Virus record (IMG/VR): IMGVR_UViG_3300020191_000010
Span: 660-64,659 of that record
Source: a virus
Lineage: Duplodnaviria > Caudoviricetes
Length of the DNA stretch: 64,000 nt
Reading direction: 5' to 3' (one strand)
Numbering within the stretch: position 1 is the first letter of the stretch; each line of letters opens with the position of its first letter. The position numbers and the translations under genes are program-made. Under the pieces are notes generated by a model, which did no database searches, had not been told where the DNA came from, and saw only the letters and a list, made by a program, of their open reading frames with translations. Positions 44,289 to 52,841 of this stretch are shown here, piece by piece.

Positions 44289-44964
44289 AAGAATTTTTAT
44301 ACACATCCCAAAAAATGCTGGAATGACCATACGTAGGTCGCCTCAGCTAGCTAATAAGATTATTCCTGCTACTCCGCAGATTCATAAAAGCAAACAGTAT
44401 ACCCAGTCTGTATTAGCTCATATGAATAGCATTGGGGATCATCATGGATATGAACATGCAAGATGGCGTGATCTAAATCCTGCTTTCGCGCGCGGGCACG
44501 AAGCATTTGCTGTTATTAGAAATCCTTGGGATAGAGTAGTGTCACGCTATTTCTTTGCAAAAAAAGTAATTGAGGTAGAGAAAAAAGAAAAACCTGGTAA
44601 ACATAAAATCGATTCATTTGAACATTTCCTAGAAGAAAGATTCGAATGGGGAGATATGAAATATATGTGGCACAGAGCTATCCGTGGTTGGTATAATGCA
44701 TACGATTATGTTACCGATAAAGAAGGAAATATTAAATGTGATATGATGAGATTTGAAAACCTAAACAGTGATCTCTGTGCATATTTTAAAATTCCTGAAA
44801 TGAGCAGAGCTAGAAATGTTACCGGATTAAACGAAGATTATAAAACAATATATACACCAGAAACAATTCAGATTGTTGCTGATTGGTATCAAAAGGATAT
44901 CGAAACATGGGGATTCGATTTTGATACAGGTGCTAAGAAAAATTATTGGAGACACACGAAATGA
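44278..44964 (+). CDS. Sulfotransferase family 2 protein
   Basis: 'FIHIPKNAG.TI', 'RNPWDRVVS.Y', 'RFENL..D', 'Y.KDI..GF'. Confidence 0.9.
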   Translation: MFLKRIFIHIPKNAGMTIRRSPQLANKIIPATPQIHKSKQYTQSVLAHMNSIGDHHGYEHARWRDLNPAFARGHEAFAVIRNPWDRVVSRYFFAKKVIEVEKKEKPGKHKIDSFEHFLEERFEWGDMKYMWHRAIRGWYNAYDYVTDKEGNIKCDMMRFENLNSDLCAYFKIPEMSRARNVTGLNEDYKTIYTPETIQIVADWYQKDIETWGFDFDTGAKKNYWRHTK

Positions 44965-45554
44965 TGGGAAGTAGAATTAATAAGGATTCGCATAATATTA
45001 TGCACCTTATTAAAGAAGATACAATTGGTGCTGAAGTTGGTGTATGGTGGGGTAACACATCCTATAACTTTTTTATGAAAAATCTTAAGCATTTATATCT
45101 GGTAGATCCGTGGAGTGTAGAACCATATAAAGGATCTACTGAATTTGAATGGGATGAATATCTAAGTAGATATGAAAAAGTAACAGGATCGAATACTGAA
45201 GAAGGCTTTCAGAAATACTACGAAAAAGTATACGAAGATGTAAATCGTAGATTTAGTCCCTATTCGAACGTAACTGTTTGCAGAGAAACATCAGACGATT
45301 TCTTTAAAGAATTTAAAGGTGATCAATTAGATTGGATCTATTTAGATGGATCTCATTCATATGAAGGTGTAACTGCTGATCTAGAAAATTCATTAAAAAT
45401 CGTAAAACCTGGTGGTATGATTCTTGGCGATGATTATAAATGGGGACAAAGATTTGGTAAGCCTGGTGTAACAAAGGCAGTAAAAGAATTTGTAAGTAAA
45501 CATAAATTTAAAATTAAGCAACACGGCGCTGTACAATTTGAGATAAGGATTTAA
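44946..45554 (+). CDS. Class I SAM methyltransferase (Methyltransf_24-like)
   Basis: 'EVGVW.G', 'VDPW', 'YLDGSHSYEGV..DL', 'PGG...GDDY'. Confidence 0.88.
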   Translation: METHEMMGSRINKDSHNIMHLIKEDTIGAEVGVWWGNTSYNFFMKNLKHLYLVDPWSVEPYKGSTEFEWDEYLSRYEKVTGSNTEEGFQKYYEKVYEDVNRRFSPYSNVTVCRETSDDFFKEFKGDQLDWIYLDGSHSYEGVTADLENSLKIVKPGGMILGDDYKWGQRFGKPGVTKAVKEFVSKHKFKIKQHGAVQFEIRI

Positions 45555-45556
45555 TT

Positions 45557-46084
45557 ATGCACCCATCATCCCGTATTAATATGCAAAGATCTAGAGATCT
45601 ACTAGGATCTAGATTAGAAAAAGGTATTACTATTCTTGACGTTGGTGGTAGAGATATTAAGCCTGGTCAAGATAGATCGTACAAGCAAATGTTTAAGGAT
45701 GTAGTAAAAGACTATTATATTGCAGATATCCAGAACGGACCAAATGTTACACATGTTATGCCTGGTGATTATGAATTACCATTTGAAGAAGGATCTATTG
45801 ATCTTGTAGTATGCGGACAGGTACTTGAGCATGTAAAGAATCCATTTCGCAGTGTTATCGAAATGACACGTGTACTTAAATCTGGTGGTTATATTATTCT
45901 TATTGCACCATCAGCAGGTAAGTACCACGACTCTATTGATTGCTGGAGATTTATGGATGATGCATTTCAGGCTATTGCCGAAGAGGCAGGATTAGAAACT
46001 ATTACTGATTATGTAGATCGATCACAACCAGACGAAAGATCTCGCCGTTGGGCAGATCATGTATTTGTAGGACGTAAGCCTTGA
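45557..46084 (+). CDS. Class I SAM methyltransferase (Methyltransf_11-like)
   Basis: 'ILDVGG', 'D.V...QVLEHV.NP', 'RVLK.GG', 'H....DCWRF'. Confidence 0.88.
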   Translation: MHPSSRINMQRSRDLLGSRLEKGITILDVGGRDIKPGQDRSYKQMFKDVVKDYYIADIQNGPNVTHVMPGDYELPFEEGSIDLVVCGQVLEHVKNPFRSVIEMTRVLKSGGYIILIAPSAGKYHDSIDCWRFMDDAFQAIAEEAGLETITDYVDRSQPDERSRRWADHVFVGRKP

Positions 46085-46776
46085 AGGCATTTGTAATTAC
46101 AATACCAGACCACGAAGTCTCTCAACATGCTGCAGACGTGTGTATAGAAAGTAGCAAAGTCGTAGGTAATTCCTTTGAGATTCAGAAGTTTGATGCAGTA
46201 ATACCACGTCAAGTAAACAAAATGATGAGAGATTACCGCCTAGAATGGAACTATCCCTGGGAAGGATCAGTATTTGATTTTAAAACTGGTTTAAAGAAGT
46301 CTGCTTATCCTACCGTAAATAAACAAGCTAGAATCGCTTGTTCTTTGAGCCATTATACTTTATGGAAAAATTGTTATAATGATGCTGAACCATATCTTAT
46401 TTTAGAACATGATGCAAAGTTTATAAAGAAATTAGATATTAATATTATCGATACTGATAAGTTTTTTATTATAGGCATTAATAATCCATTATTTGCAACT
46501 AGGAAGGCAAACCTATTTAAACAGATAATTGATGAAAATACTAAAGAACTACAGCTTGTACCAACAATTGATTCATTCGAAGTTCCCCAAGGGTTAGCTG
46601 GAAACTCAGCATATATAATTAAACCAAAAGGGGCTAGACAGATGCTAAGGCTTGTAGAAGATCATGGTTTATGGCCTAATGATGCTATTATGTGTAAACA
46701 ACTAATCCCAGCATTAGGTGTAACAAAGACATTCTATACAGAAGTTCAAGGTACACCTTCTACTACTTCGAGGTAA
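46081..46776 (+). CDS. GT25-like glycosyltransferase
   Basis: 'KAFVIT', 'FDAV', 'C.LSHY.LW', 'ILEHDA', 'AYII.P.GA..L'. Confidence 0.85.
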   Translation: MKAFVITIPDHEVSQHAADVCIESSKVVGNSFEIQKFDAVIPRQVNKMMRDYRLEWNYPWEGSVFDFKTGLKKSAYPTVNKQARIACSLSHYTLWKNCYNDAEPYLILEHDAKFIKKLDINIIDTDKFFIIGINNPLFATRKANLFKQIIDENTKELQLVPTIDSFEVPQGLAGNSAYIIKPKGARQMLRLVEDHGLWPNDAIMCKQLIPALGVTKTFYTEVQGTPSTTSR

Positions 46777-46780
46777 TAAT

Positions 46781-47362
46781 ATGGAAATTTTTAAATACAA
46801 AGATTACGAGGACTATGTTAAATCTCAGATCGAAGGTAATCTTAAGAAAATTGATAAGATAAAAGAAAAAAATATTGCATATGTCAAACCTGAAACTATA
46901 ACACAAATAGTAAAAAGAATGCCAGATGCAAAGAGAGTATTATGTCATGGTACTCGTAATGCAAAAGAACAGCTTTATTTTCAAAAACATTTATCAGACG
47001 CATTCATTATTGGTTCAGAAATAAGTACTAATGCAGAAGAATTTCCTATGACTATTGAACATGATTTTAATATGGTAAAAGAGGAATGGATTAACTCATT
47101 TGATATTGTTTATAGCAACTCATTTGATCATAGTATTACACCATTTGAAACTCTAGAGGTATGGAGAGATCAATTAAATGATTCTGGAAGATTATTTTTA
47201 GAACATACAGTACAAAAAAAGAACCATGTATCAAATAAAACAGATCCTCTTAAAATAGAAAAACAAGAGTTAATTGATATGATAGATAAAGTCGATATGA
47301 ATATAGTAGAAGAATTCCGTGGTAGAGAAAAGGGATATGTTCTAGTCTGTGAGAAAAAATGA
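46781..47362 (+). CDS. Putative SAM methyltransferase
   Basis: 'LCHGTRN..E', 'HDF', 'FDIVYSNSFDH'. Confidence 0.7.
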   Translation: MEIFKYKDYEDYVKSQIEGNLKKIDKIKEKNIAYVKPETITQIVKRMPDAKRVLCHGTRNAKEQLYFQKHLSDAFIIGSEISTNAEEFPMTIEHDFNMVKEEWINSFDIVYSNSFDHSITPFETLEVWRDQLNDSGRLFLEHTVQKKNHVSNKTDPLKIEKQELIDMIDKVDMNIVEEFRGREKGYVLVCEKK

Positions 47363-48009
47363 AAGCATTTGTTATAACATTAATGGATAACCCTAAATCG
47401 GTACAGGCAGCAATGCGTTGTATGAAGTCTGCCGAAAGATATGGTCTACATGTAGAGCATCACGCTGCTACAACTCCTAAAGATAATCCTCATCTAATTT
47501 TACATACAAAAGGTATTCAACCATCTTTCTTCCATGAAAAATATTCTAGACCTGACAATTGTATGGCGGCATTTTTATCCCACCATTCTTTATGGGAAAT
47601 GTCTGTTAAGCAAAAAGAAACAATTGTTATCTTTGAACATGATGCCATTGTAACAGGTGAAGTACCAGTTAATGAAAAATTTAAAGGCTGTTTAACATTC
47701 TCTAAACCATCATATGGAAAGTTTAATACCCCTATAAAATTAGGTGTAGATGGATTAGTACAAAAGAAATATTTTGGTGGCGCGCATGGTTATATGGTTA
47801 ATCCTGAAGGTGCAGCAAAGCTTATTAAGAAAGCTAAGACGCACGGTGGACCAACAGATGTATTTCTAAATGTTGATAACTTCCCATTTCTAGAAGAATA
47901 TTATCCGTGGGTGTGCATGGCAGTAGATAGTTTTACTACGATCCAAAAGGAAGCCGGCTGTTTGGCAAAACATAATTATGGGGACGGATATGTCATCGAA
48001 GAAGTATGA
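47359..48009 (+). CDS. GT25-like glycosyltransferase
   Basis: 'KAFVIT', 'FLSH..LW', 'IFEHDA', 'GAHGY.V.PEGA.KL'. Confidence 0.85.
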   Translation: MKAFVITLMDNPKSVQAAMRCMKSAERYGLHVEHHAATTPKDNPHLILHTKGIQPSFFHEKYSRPDNCMAAFLSHHSLWEMSVKQKETIVIFEHDAIVTGEVPVNEKFKGCLTFSKPSYGKFNTPIKLGVDGLVQKKYFGGAHGYMVNPEGAAKLIKKAKTHGGPTDVFLNVDNFPFLEEYYPWVCMAVDSFTTIQKEAGCLAKHNYGDGYVIEEV

Positions 48010-48640
48010 TAAGGTATTCCTAACAGGATGCGATGAAAAGACTGAATGGATGCTTCCGTGGTTTGTAGAAAATTATAAAAAACATAATGATACACCTCTT
48101 ATCTTTGCTAATTTTGGGTGTAGTGAAAAAACACAGAACTACGTATTTGAACAGTTCCATGCTATCTTAAATTTTAAGAATAATAATCTTAAAGGATGGT
48201 TTATGAAACCGTTGGCTATGATGACATGCCCATCGGTAGAAACAGTTTGGATCGATACTGATTGCGAAGTACTAGATAACATTTCTGATATATTTAGTTT
48301 AATTGAAAATGAAAAGCTTTTAATGGCTGAAGATAGACCTTGGTCTAAAAGAAGAAAAGAACTATGGCATAATTCTGGTATAGTTGGATTTCGTAATAAA
48401 CCACAAATACTTCGTGCATGGCTTGAGCAGGTAAAGAAAAGCCCTGTTGTAGGTGACCAAGAAGTACTGCATAGTATGTTAGATCCAATCTCTAAGCTTA
48501 CATACATAAAGGACCTACCATCAGTATATAATTGGTTAAGATTAGATTTATTAGATGGTGTAGATAGTAAAAAGAAAAAAGTGATACACTGGACCGGTAA
48601 AAAAGGGAAAGATCATATTAGGAGTTTAATGAATGGCTAG
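47978..48640 (+). CDS. GT-A glycosyltransferase-like protein (likely start ATG 47990)
   Basis: 'WF.KP', 'WIDTDCEV', 'NSG.V', 'GDQEVL', 'YNWLR', 'IHWTG'. Confidence 0.8.
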   Translation: MGTDMSSKKYDKVFLTGCDEKTEWMLPWFVENYKKHNDTPLIFANFGCSEKTQNYVFEQFHAILNFKNNNLKGWFMKPLAMMTCPSVETVWIDTDCEVLDNISDIFSLIENEKLLMAEDRPWSKRRKELWHNSGIVGFRNKPQILRAWLEQVKKSPVVGDQEVLHSMLDPISKLTYIKDLPSVYNWLRLDLLDGVDSKKKKVIHWTGKKGKDHIRSLMNG

Positions 48641-49250
48641 ATCAGTTCATGTTATTGGAAATGGTGATTGGGTTCATCTCTATACTAGAAGAGAAAGAAA
48701 GGGATTAAATCTTACATGTAATCTTGCACCGTTCCCTTATCCTAAAAATCATTATGCAACTTGCATTGTAGATTTTAAAATGATGAAGGCTATGACTGAA
48801 GGAACAGTTGTTGTACCAGGTGAATGGGTACTTGGATATAGGCCAAAGGTTTGGATGGAGAAAAATCCAAATTTTCATTTATCTACGGCTAGACAAATTA
48901 AAGAATTTTATTTAGATCTTCCTAAGTATGCCGGCAACTATACTAACTTTAATTGTGGTCATATGGCAGTACATTATGCTGCAAATAAACTAAAGGCTGA
49001 TAGAGTACATCTGTACGGATTCGATTCGATATTCGATTTTAATCTTCGTAGTGTTTCTGACTTTATCCTAAACTCTGACCGTGGAAATATGAATACTAAT
49101 CGATTAGCGACTAACTGGCGTTCTATTTGGTCTGAAATGTTTAAAGAATTTAAGAACACCGAATTTGTTTTACACCATGTTCATGACGAATTTAAGATTA
49201 AGGTTCCAGACAATGTACGTGCAGAAGTATATCCTAGAAAAAGAAATTAA
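48633..49250 (+). CDS. Hypothetical protein (GT29/DUF115-like 'IGNG' fold)
   Basis: 'VIGNG', 'CN', 'N.G..A', 'LYGFD'. Confidence 0.6.
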   Translation: MARSVHVIGNGDWVHLYTRRERKGLNLTCNLAPFPYPKNHYATCIVDFKMMKAMTEGTVVVPGEWVLGYRPKVWMEKNPNFHLSTARQIKEFYLDLPKYAGNYTNFNCGHMAVHYAANKLKADRVHLYGFDSIFDFNLRSVSDFILNSDRGNMNTNRLATNWRSIWSEMFKEFKNTEFVLHHVHDEFKIKVPDNVRAEVYPRKRN

Positions 49251-49258
49251 ATTAATTT

Positions 49259-49317
49259 TAGGGGTTTACATTCCTTCCAAATTGTGATAGAATAATATTA
49301 ACAATTAGGAAGAGGAG
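49259..49317 (+). promoter_or_regulatory. Early promoter cassette
   Basis: AGGGG-TTTACA (49265), N17, TAGAAT (49288), then AACAATTAGGAAGAGGAG. Confidence 0.85.
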
Positions 49318-49323
49318 TTCCCT

Positions 49324-49497
49324 ATGTCATATCGTTACCAAGTTCTTGAGTCGGCTCTTATTAGCATTGCCAAAGATAGCTCTGATGAAAATATCAGATA
49401 TCAGGTTTCCCGTCTAACCTCAGATGAAAGACGCAAACTCAATGGTTTGCTTTCTCTGGTTATGATTGAATCTTACGATCGTGAGATTGCAGCATGA
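49324..49497 (+). CDS. Small hypothetical early protein (57 aa; not in the ORF track)
   Basis: MSYRYQVLES...DREIAA*, directly after the cassette RBS. Confidence 0.7.
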   Translation: MSYRYQVLESALISIAKDSSDENIRYQVSRLTSDERRKLNGLLSLVMIESYDREIAA

Positions 49498-49694
49498 GCC
49501 ATCCATCCGAAATTGTAAATACTAAAGGTCACTGGGCTATTGGATTAGAATGGCCAGTAACTGGTAGTAAAGGTAATAAATATTTTGTAGAAATGAATAA
49601 TTATGGATTCGACTGTAATTGTGTTGCATATCGTAAATGTAAACATATCAAACAGGTAGAGGCTTTATTCGATGATCCTAGTGACGGGGAATAG
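49494..49694 (+). CDS. SWIM zinc-finger protein
   Basis: 'GSKGN.Y.V', 'CNC......CKHI'. Confidence 0.8.
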   Translation: MSHPSEIVNTKGHWAIGLEWPVTGSKGNKYFVEMNNYGFDCNCVAYRKCKHIKQVEALFDDPSDGE

Positions 49695-50070
49695 ATCTAA
49701 GAAACGACAAAACGTTTATAGAGCAGCAATCTTCGCTTGGAATTATCTAATGCCAAGGATATCTAAATGCGATGTTTATATAGAAATTAAAAAGCTAAAG
49801 GATGCACACGGATATTGTTTGGAACTAGATAAAAGAGAATATGAAATTGAAATTGATCAAAGACTAAAAGGTGATGATCTTATTACAACAGTCTTCCACG
49901 AAATGATACATGTAAGACAGGGTGTAAGAAAACAATATCAAAATATTAATACTATTAACTATAAAACATATGATGAATATATGAAACTGCCATGGGAAAT
50001 CGAGGCTTATGAATTACAGGAGGTTATGCTAAAAGAATGGAACAAGAAAAATATGAAATGTCTGAAGTAG
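49672..50070 (+). CDS. Zincin-like metallopeptidase domain protein
   Basis: 'HEMIHVRQ' (HExxH), 'PWEIEAY'. Confidence 0.8.
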   Translation: MILVTGNRSKKRQNVYRAAIFAWNYLMPRISKCDVYIEIKKLKDAHGYCLELDKREYEIEIDQRLKGDDLITTVFHEMIHVRQGVRKQYQNINTINYKTYDEYMKLPWEIEAYELQEVMLKEWNKKNMKCLK

Positions 50071-50191
50071 ATATTTTAAAGAAAAATGTATACGATTTGC
50101 AAAAACAGCTTCAATTGGCTTATCGTAGAATTGGTGAGCTAAGAGAAGCACTCGACATAGAAGTAGAAAAAAATAAAAGGGAAACTGTATC

Positions 50192-50446
50192 TTGTATATA
50201 ATCTATTCAAAATCTGGGTGTATTTTTTGTGACGCAGCTATGGAACTTTTAGATAGTAAGGAAATCCCTTATGAAGAGGTAAAGGTACCTGGTAATGATT
50301 ATGCAGTTTCTTTGTTTAAAGAACATAATTTTAAAACTGTACCGCAGATCTTTGACGATGGTGGGAACCATATTGGTGGTTACCAAGATCTAAAAACCAT
50401 TTTCGAGGAATGGCCAGATAATCCTGCAGAAGCAAAGGCTTTTTGA
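50192..50446 (+). CDS. Glutaredoxin
   Basis: 'CIFC', 'TVPQIF', 'HIGGY.DL'. Confidence 0.9.
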   Translation: MYIIYSKSGCIFCDAAMELLDSKEIPYEEVKVPGNDYAVSLFKEHNFKTVPQIFDDGGNHIGGYQDLKTIFEEWPDNPAEAKAF

Positions 50447-50460
50447 AATAAAATGAAAAA

Positions 50461-50519
50461 AGGGGGTTTACAAACCTAAATTAGTATGGTATAATGTATA
50501 TAACAATTAGGAAGAGGAG
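50461..50519 (+). promoter_or_regulatory. Early promoter cassette
   Basis: AGGGGG-TTTACA (50467), N17, TATAAT (50490), then AACAATTAGGAAGAGGAG. Confidence 0.88.
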
Positions 50520-50526
50520 CTTAATT

Positions 50527-50835
50527 ATGTACAAGTTAGATAAAGGTTTGGTAGATTTCATTAACGCTCAACGGGCTGAAGCTGAAGAATTCAGCAAGCA
50601 ACCCGGATGTTTCATGGGCATGATGCCTGAAGCAACCGATTTGCAATACTGGGAGTCTCGTGTTCCTAGTGGTACTCTAAAAGAGTACAAGCGTCAGGAG
50701 CTGGTAGAGTCAGCTTACTATATCACTGCCGATCGTACGAGTAAGTCGTACGCCCGGTCTTTGGACTTTGCAAACTGGACTGATGAAAGGATCCAGCGTC
50801 ATATCGATCGGATGTGTGAAAAGGAGGTAGCATAA
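50527..50835 (+). CDS. Hypothetical early protein
   Basis: Start moved to the ATG after the GAGGAG RBS (MYKLDKGL...). Confidence 0.75.
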   Translation: MYKLDKGLVDFINAQRAEAEEFSKQPGCFMGMMPEATDLQYWESRVPSGTLKEYKRQELVESAYYITADRTSKSYARSLDFANWTDERIQRHIDRMCEKEVA

Positions 50836-51077
50836 TGGCTAAATGTAAAACTACTGAAATGTTTGGTTCAATGTTTACTACCCATCCTATTACTGGATAC
50901 GATGGGGAGGACGCAGATGGTCTATCAGAAATGTTTGATATGTTAAGAGAAGATTATAAATCCAGTGGTAAAAAAGTTATTAATATCCAAACTTATTATA
51001 ATAGTGGTTATAATAGTGCAACTGATCGTTATGAAGGTGAAAAAGAATTTGGTATTGAAGTAGAGTGGGTGTGGTAA
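50835..51077 (+). CDS. Hypothetical protein
   Basis: AGGAGG RBS, TAATG coupling. Confidence 0.75.
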   Translation: MAKCKTTEMFGSMFTTHPITGYDGEDADGLSEMFDMLREDYKSSGKKVINIQTYYNSGYNSATDRYEGEKEFGIEVEWVW

Positions 51078-51256
51078 TGACGCCCGCAGAGTTACAAGAA
51101 GCGCTGCCTTTACTCGGTCAGCTCCTCTTACTGGTAGTAATTGGCGCGCTTCTTGTAGGTTCTTTTTTTGCCATTGTTGGCTTTATGTTTCGAAATGCAT
51201 TATGGATTACAATGATATTAGGAGTTATAATTATCTTTATGAATATGGTTCCGTAG
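51065..51256 (+). CDS. Small two-TM membrane protein (likely start ATG 51077)
   Basis: Hydrophobic ORF; its stop lies inside the tRNA-Arg 5' end. Confidence 0.6.
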   Translation: MGVVMTPAELQEALPLLGQLLLLVVIGALLVGSFFAIVGFMFRNALWITMILGVIIIFMNMVP

Positions 51257-51323
51257 CTCAGCTGGATAGAGCAACAGCCTTCTAAGCTGTGGGTCGAGGG
51301 TTCGAATCCTTCCGGAATCGCCA
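51247..51323 (+). tRNA. tRNA-Arg (TCT)
   Basis: Cloverleaf; ACAGC-CT TCT AA-GCTGT; TTCGAAT T-loop; encoded CCA. Confidence 0.95.
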
Positions 51324-51326
51324 AAT

Positions 51327-51411
51327 GCCCGCGTGATGGAATAGGTAGACATAACGGACTTAAAATCCGTGGCCATACGGCGTGCCAGTTCGAGTCTGGC
51401 CGTGGGTACCA
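51327..51411 (+). tRNA. tRNA-Leu (TAA)
   Basis: ACGGA-CT TAA AA-TCCGT; long variable arm; encoded CCA. Confidence 0.95.
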
Positions 51412-51414
51412 TAT

Positions 51415-51603
51415 ATAGTTAGTCGAACGAGTATAAACGTGGTTAAGCCTGCAACGACTCTAAAATTAAGACGCAGGTGGGAATGGTCCGTTCGCCTTCA
51501 TAAGAAAGGAACGCAATCGCATCCAGCATTTATAAGTTGGCTCTGCTAAATTTAAGGGTGATGCCTTAATACATCCGCGTGGGGCCAACGGTTAGCCCCA
51601 CAC
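51415..51603 (+). ncRNA. Putative structured ncRNA between tRNAs
   Basis: No ORF with an RBS seen. Crossing helices AGTCG/CGACT and GCCTGC/GCAGGT; hairpins at 51489-51513, 51552-51569 and 51579-51601. Confidence 0.55.
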
Positions 51604-51606
51604 CCT

Positions 51607-51680
51607 GCGGGTATAGTATAATGGTATTACAATCGCCTTCCAAGCCAAAGACCTCGGTTCGATTCCGGGTACCCGCTCCA
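51607..51680 (+). tRNA. tRNA-Gly (TCC) with imperfect anticodon stem
   Basis: GCGGGTA/TACCCGC-T-CCA; loop CTTCCAA; T-arm CTCGG-TTCGATT-CCGGG. Confidence 0.88.
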
Positions 51681-51696
51681 TATAAATTAATTTAAA

Positions 51697-51704
51697 TATA
51701 AATA
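51697..51704 (+). promoter_or_regulatory. T4-type late promoter
   Basis: TATAAATA. Confidence 0.55.
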
Positions 51705-51710
51705 TCCCTA

Positions 51711-51741
51711 AGGGATAGTACCAGTCGGTCTATCCTTTTTT
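51711..51741 (+). terminator. Possible intrinsic terminator after the tRNA cluster
   Basis: GGATAG...CTATCC followed by T7. Confidence 0.55.
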
Positions 51742-51767
51742 AACACAAATAGGAAAAGAATAAAAAA

Positions 51768-52103
51768 ATGAAAAAACTAATGGTTGCACTCTTCGCGCTT
51801 GGTATGTCATCAAGTGCATATGCTGAATCTTCAATTGAAACAACAGTTGGGGTTGAGCGTAATCTGGATACAGAAATTAATAAGCTCTTCTTTGGCCCTT
51901 CAATCACATCAGGTGATTTTACCCTTAGCACAACAGTAAATATGGTAGATACTACTACAGATAATATGAAATTTAATATTTCATCTGCTGATGTCGATCT
52001 TAGCTATTCGGTAACTTCTAATATCGATGTATATATTGAAAACGATTTGGATGCAGATTTTAAACAAACGGATACAACTGTAGGTGTTGCAGTTAAATTC
52101 TAA
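51768..52103 (+). CDS. Small outer-membrane beta-barrel/porin-like protein
   Basis: Signal peptide (…SSAYA), alternating amphipathic strands, C-terminal 'GVAVKF'. Confidence 0.65.
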   Translation: MKKLMVALFALGMSSSAYAESSIETTVGVERNLDTEINKLFFGPSITSGDFTLSTTVNMVDTTTDNMKFNISSADVDLSYSVTSNIDVYIENDLDADFKQTDTTVGVAVKF

Positions 52104-52234
52104 TTAAGGAGACCCAATGTTAAGATGGTATGATTATGTGATGGTAGGTATGTTTTCCTATCCAATAAGCCAAGGATTAATGTATAATATTTTCTGGGCT
52201 ATCTTAACTTGGGTCTGCTTTGTTCAATACATGA

Positions 52235-52516
52235 ATGCAAGGAGGAATGGAAATGTCTGATGATTTTTTCGATTTCGGATTTACAGCAGTAGATGAATCC
52301 GAACTACAAGCTGTACAAGAAGCTACGCAAAAGGTAGAAAGCGTTGCTAGCACTGCTACTGTAACACAAGATAAATTGGATAAACTTTATAATGCTATTA
52401 TTCCTCTCCTCAATAATCTTAAGAAAAATCCTGAAAAAGAATATATCCTCTGGCCTAATCGGATTGAAAAAGTAGAAGCTTTTGAAGATCACCTTTATAA
52501 AATTTATTCAAATTAA
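52235..52516 (+). CDS. Conserved hypothetical protein (likely start ATG 52253)
   Basis: 'FDFGFTAVDE.EL', 'PLL.NLK.NPEK.YI.WP.R'. Confidence 0.8.
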   Translation: MQGGMEMSDDFFDFGFTAVDESELQAVQEATQKVESVASTATVTQDKLDKLYNAIIPLLNNLKKNPEKEYILWPNRIEKVEAFEDHLYKIYSN

Positions 52517-52523
52517 ATCGATT

Positions 52524-52583
52524 TAGGGGGTTTACATTTGGATAAAACTATGATAGAATAGTATGAATAATTGGGAAGAGGAG
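52524..52583 (+). promoter_or_regulatory. Early promoter cassette
   Basis: AGGGGG-TTTACA (52531), N17, TAGAAT (52554), then AATTGGGAAGAGGAG. Confidence 0.85.
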
Positions 52584-52589
52584 ATCCAA

Positions 52590-52841
52590 ATGTCTAAAAT
52601 TATTATCACTAAAAATATGTCCCAGGAACAGCGTCTAGAAGCTATTCGCAAAGCCAGCAAAAAGTTCAATGCTAAAATGCAGCGTAACTTTAAGGTTCGG
52701 GATTATTCAGTTACTGCTAAAGAAGATCGCGGTGACGATTCAGTCAACATTAATGCTTGGACAGATGCTCCAAAGTATCTAGACGAACACTATGGGGATC
52801 GCGCACGCGAGCAGGCGTCATACGAATCCGATTGGGGTTAA
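52590..52841 (+). CDS. Hypothetical early protein
   Basis: Start moved to the ATG after GAGGAG (MSKIIITK...). Confidence 0.7.
   Translation: MSKIIITKNMSQEQRLEAIRKASKKFNAKMQRNFKVRDYSVTAKEDRGDDSVNINAWTDAPKYLDEHYGDRAREQASYESDWG

Noticed and set aside
51118-51412. Two minus-strand ORFs (51118..51324, 51218..51412)
   Set aside because: Antisense translations of the tRNA genes.
10020-52526. CtrA boxes (TTAA-N7-TTAA) upstream of the early cassettes
   Set aside because: TTAA...TTAG spacing varies from 6 to 8 nt between copies, and such words are expected in AT-rich DNA.
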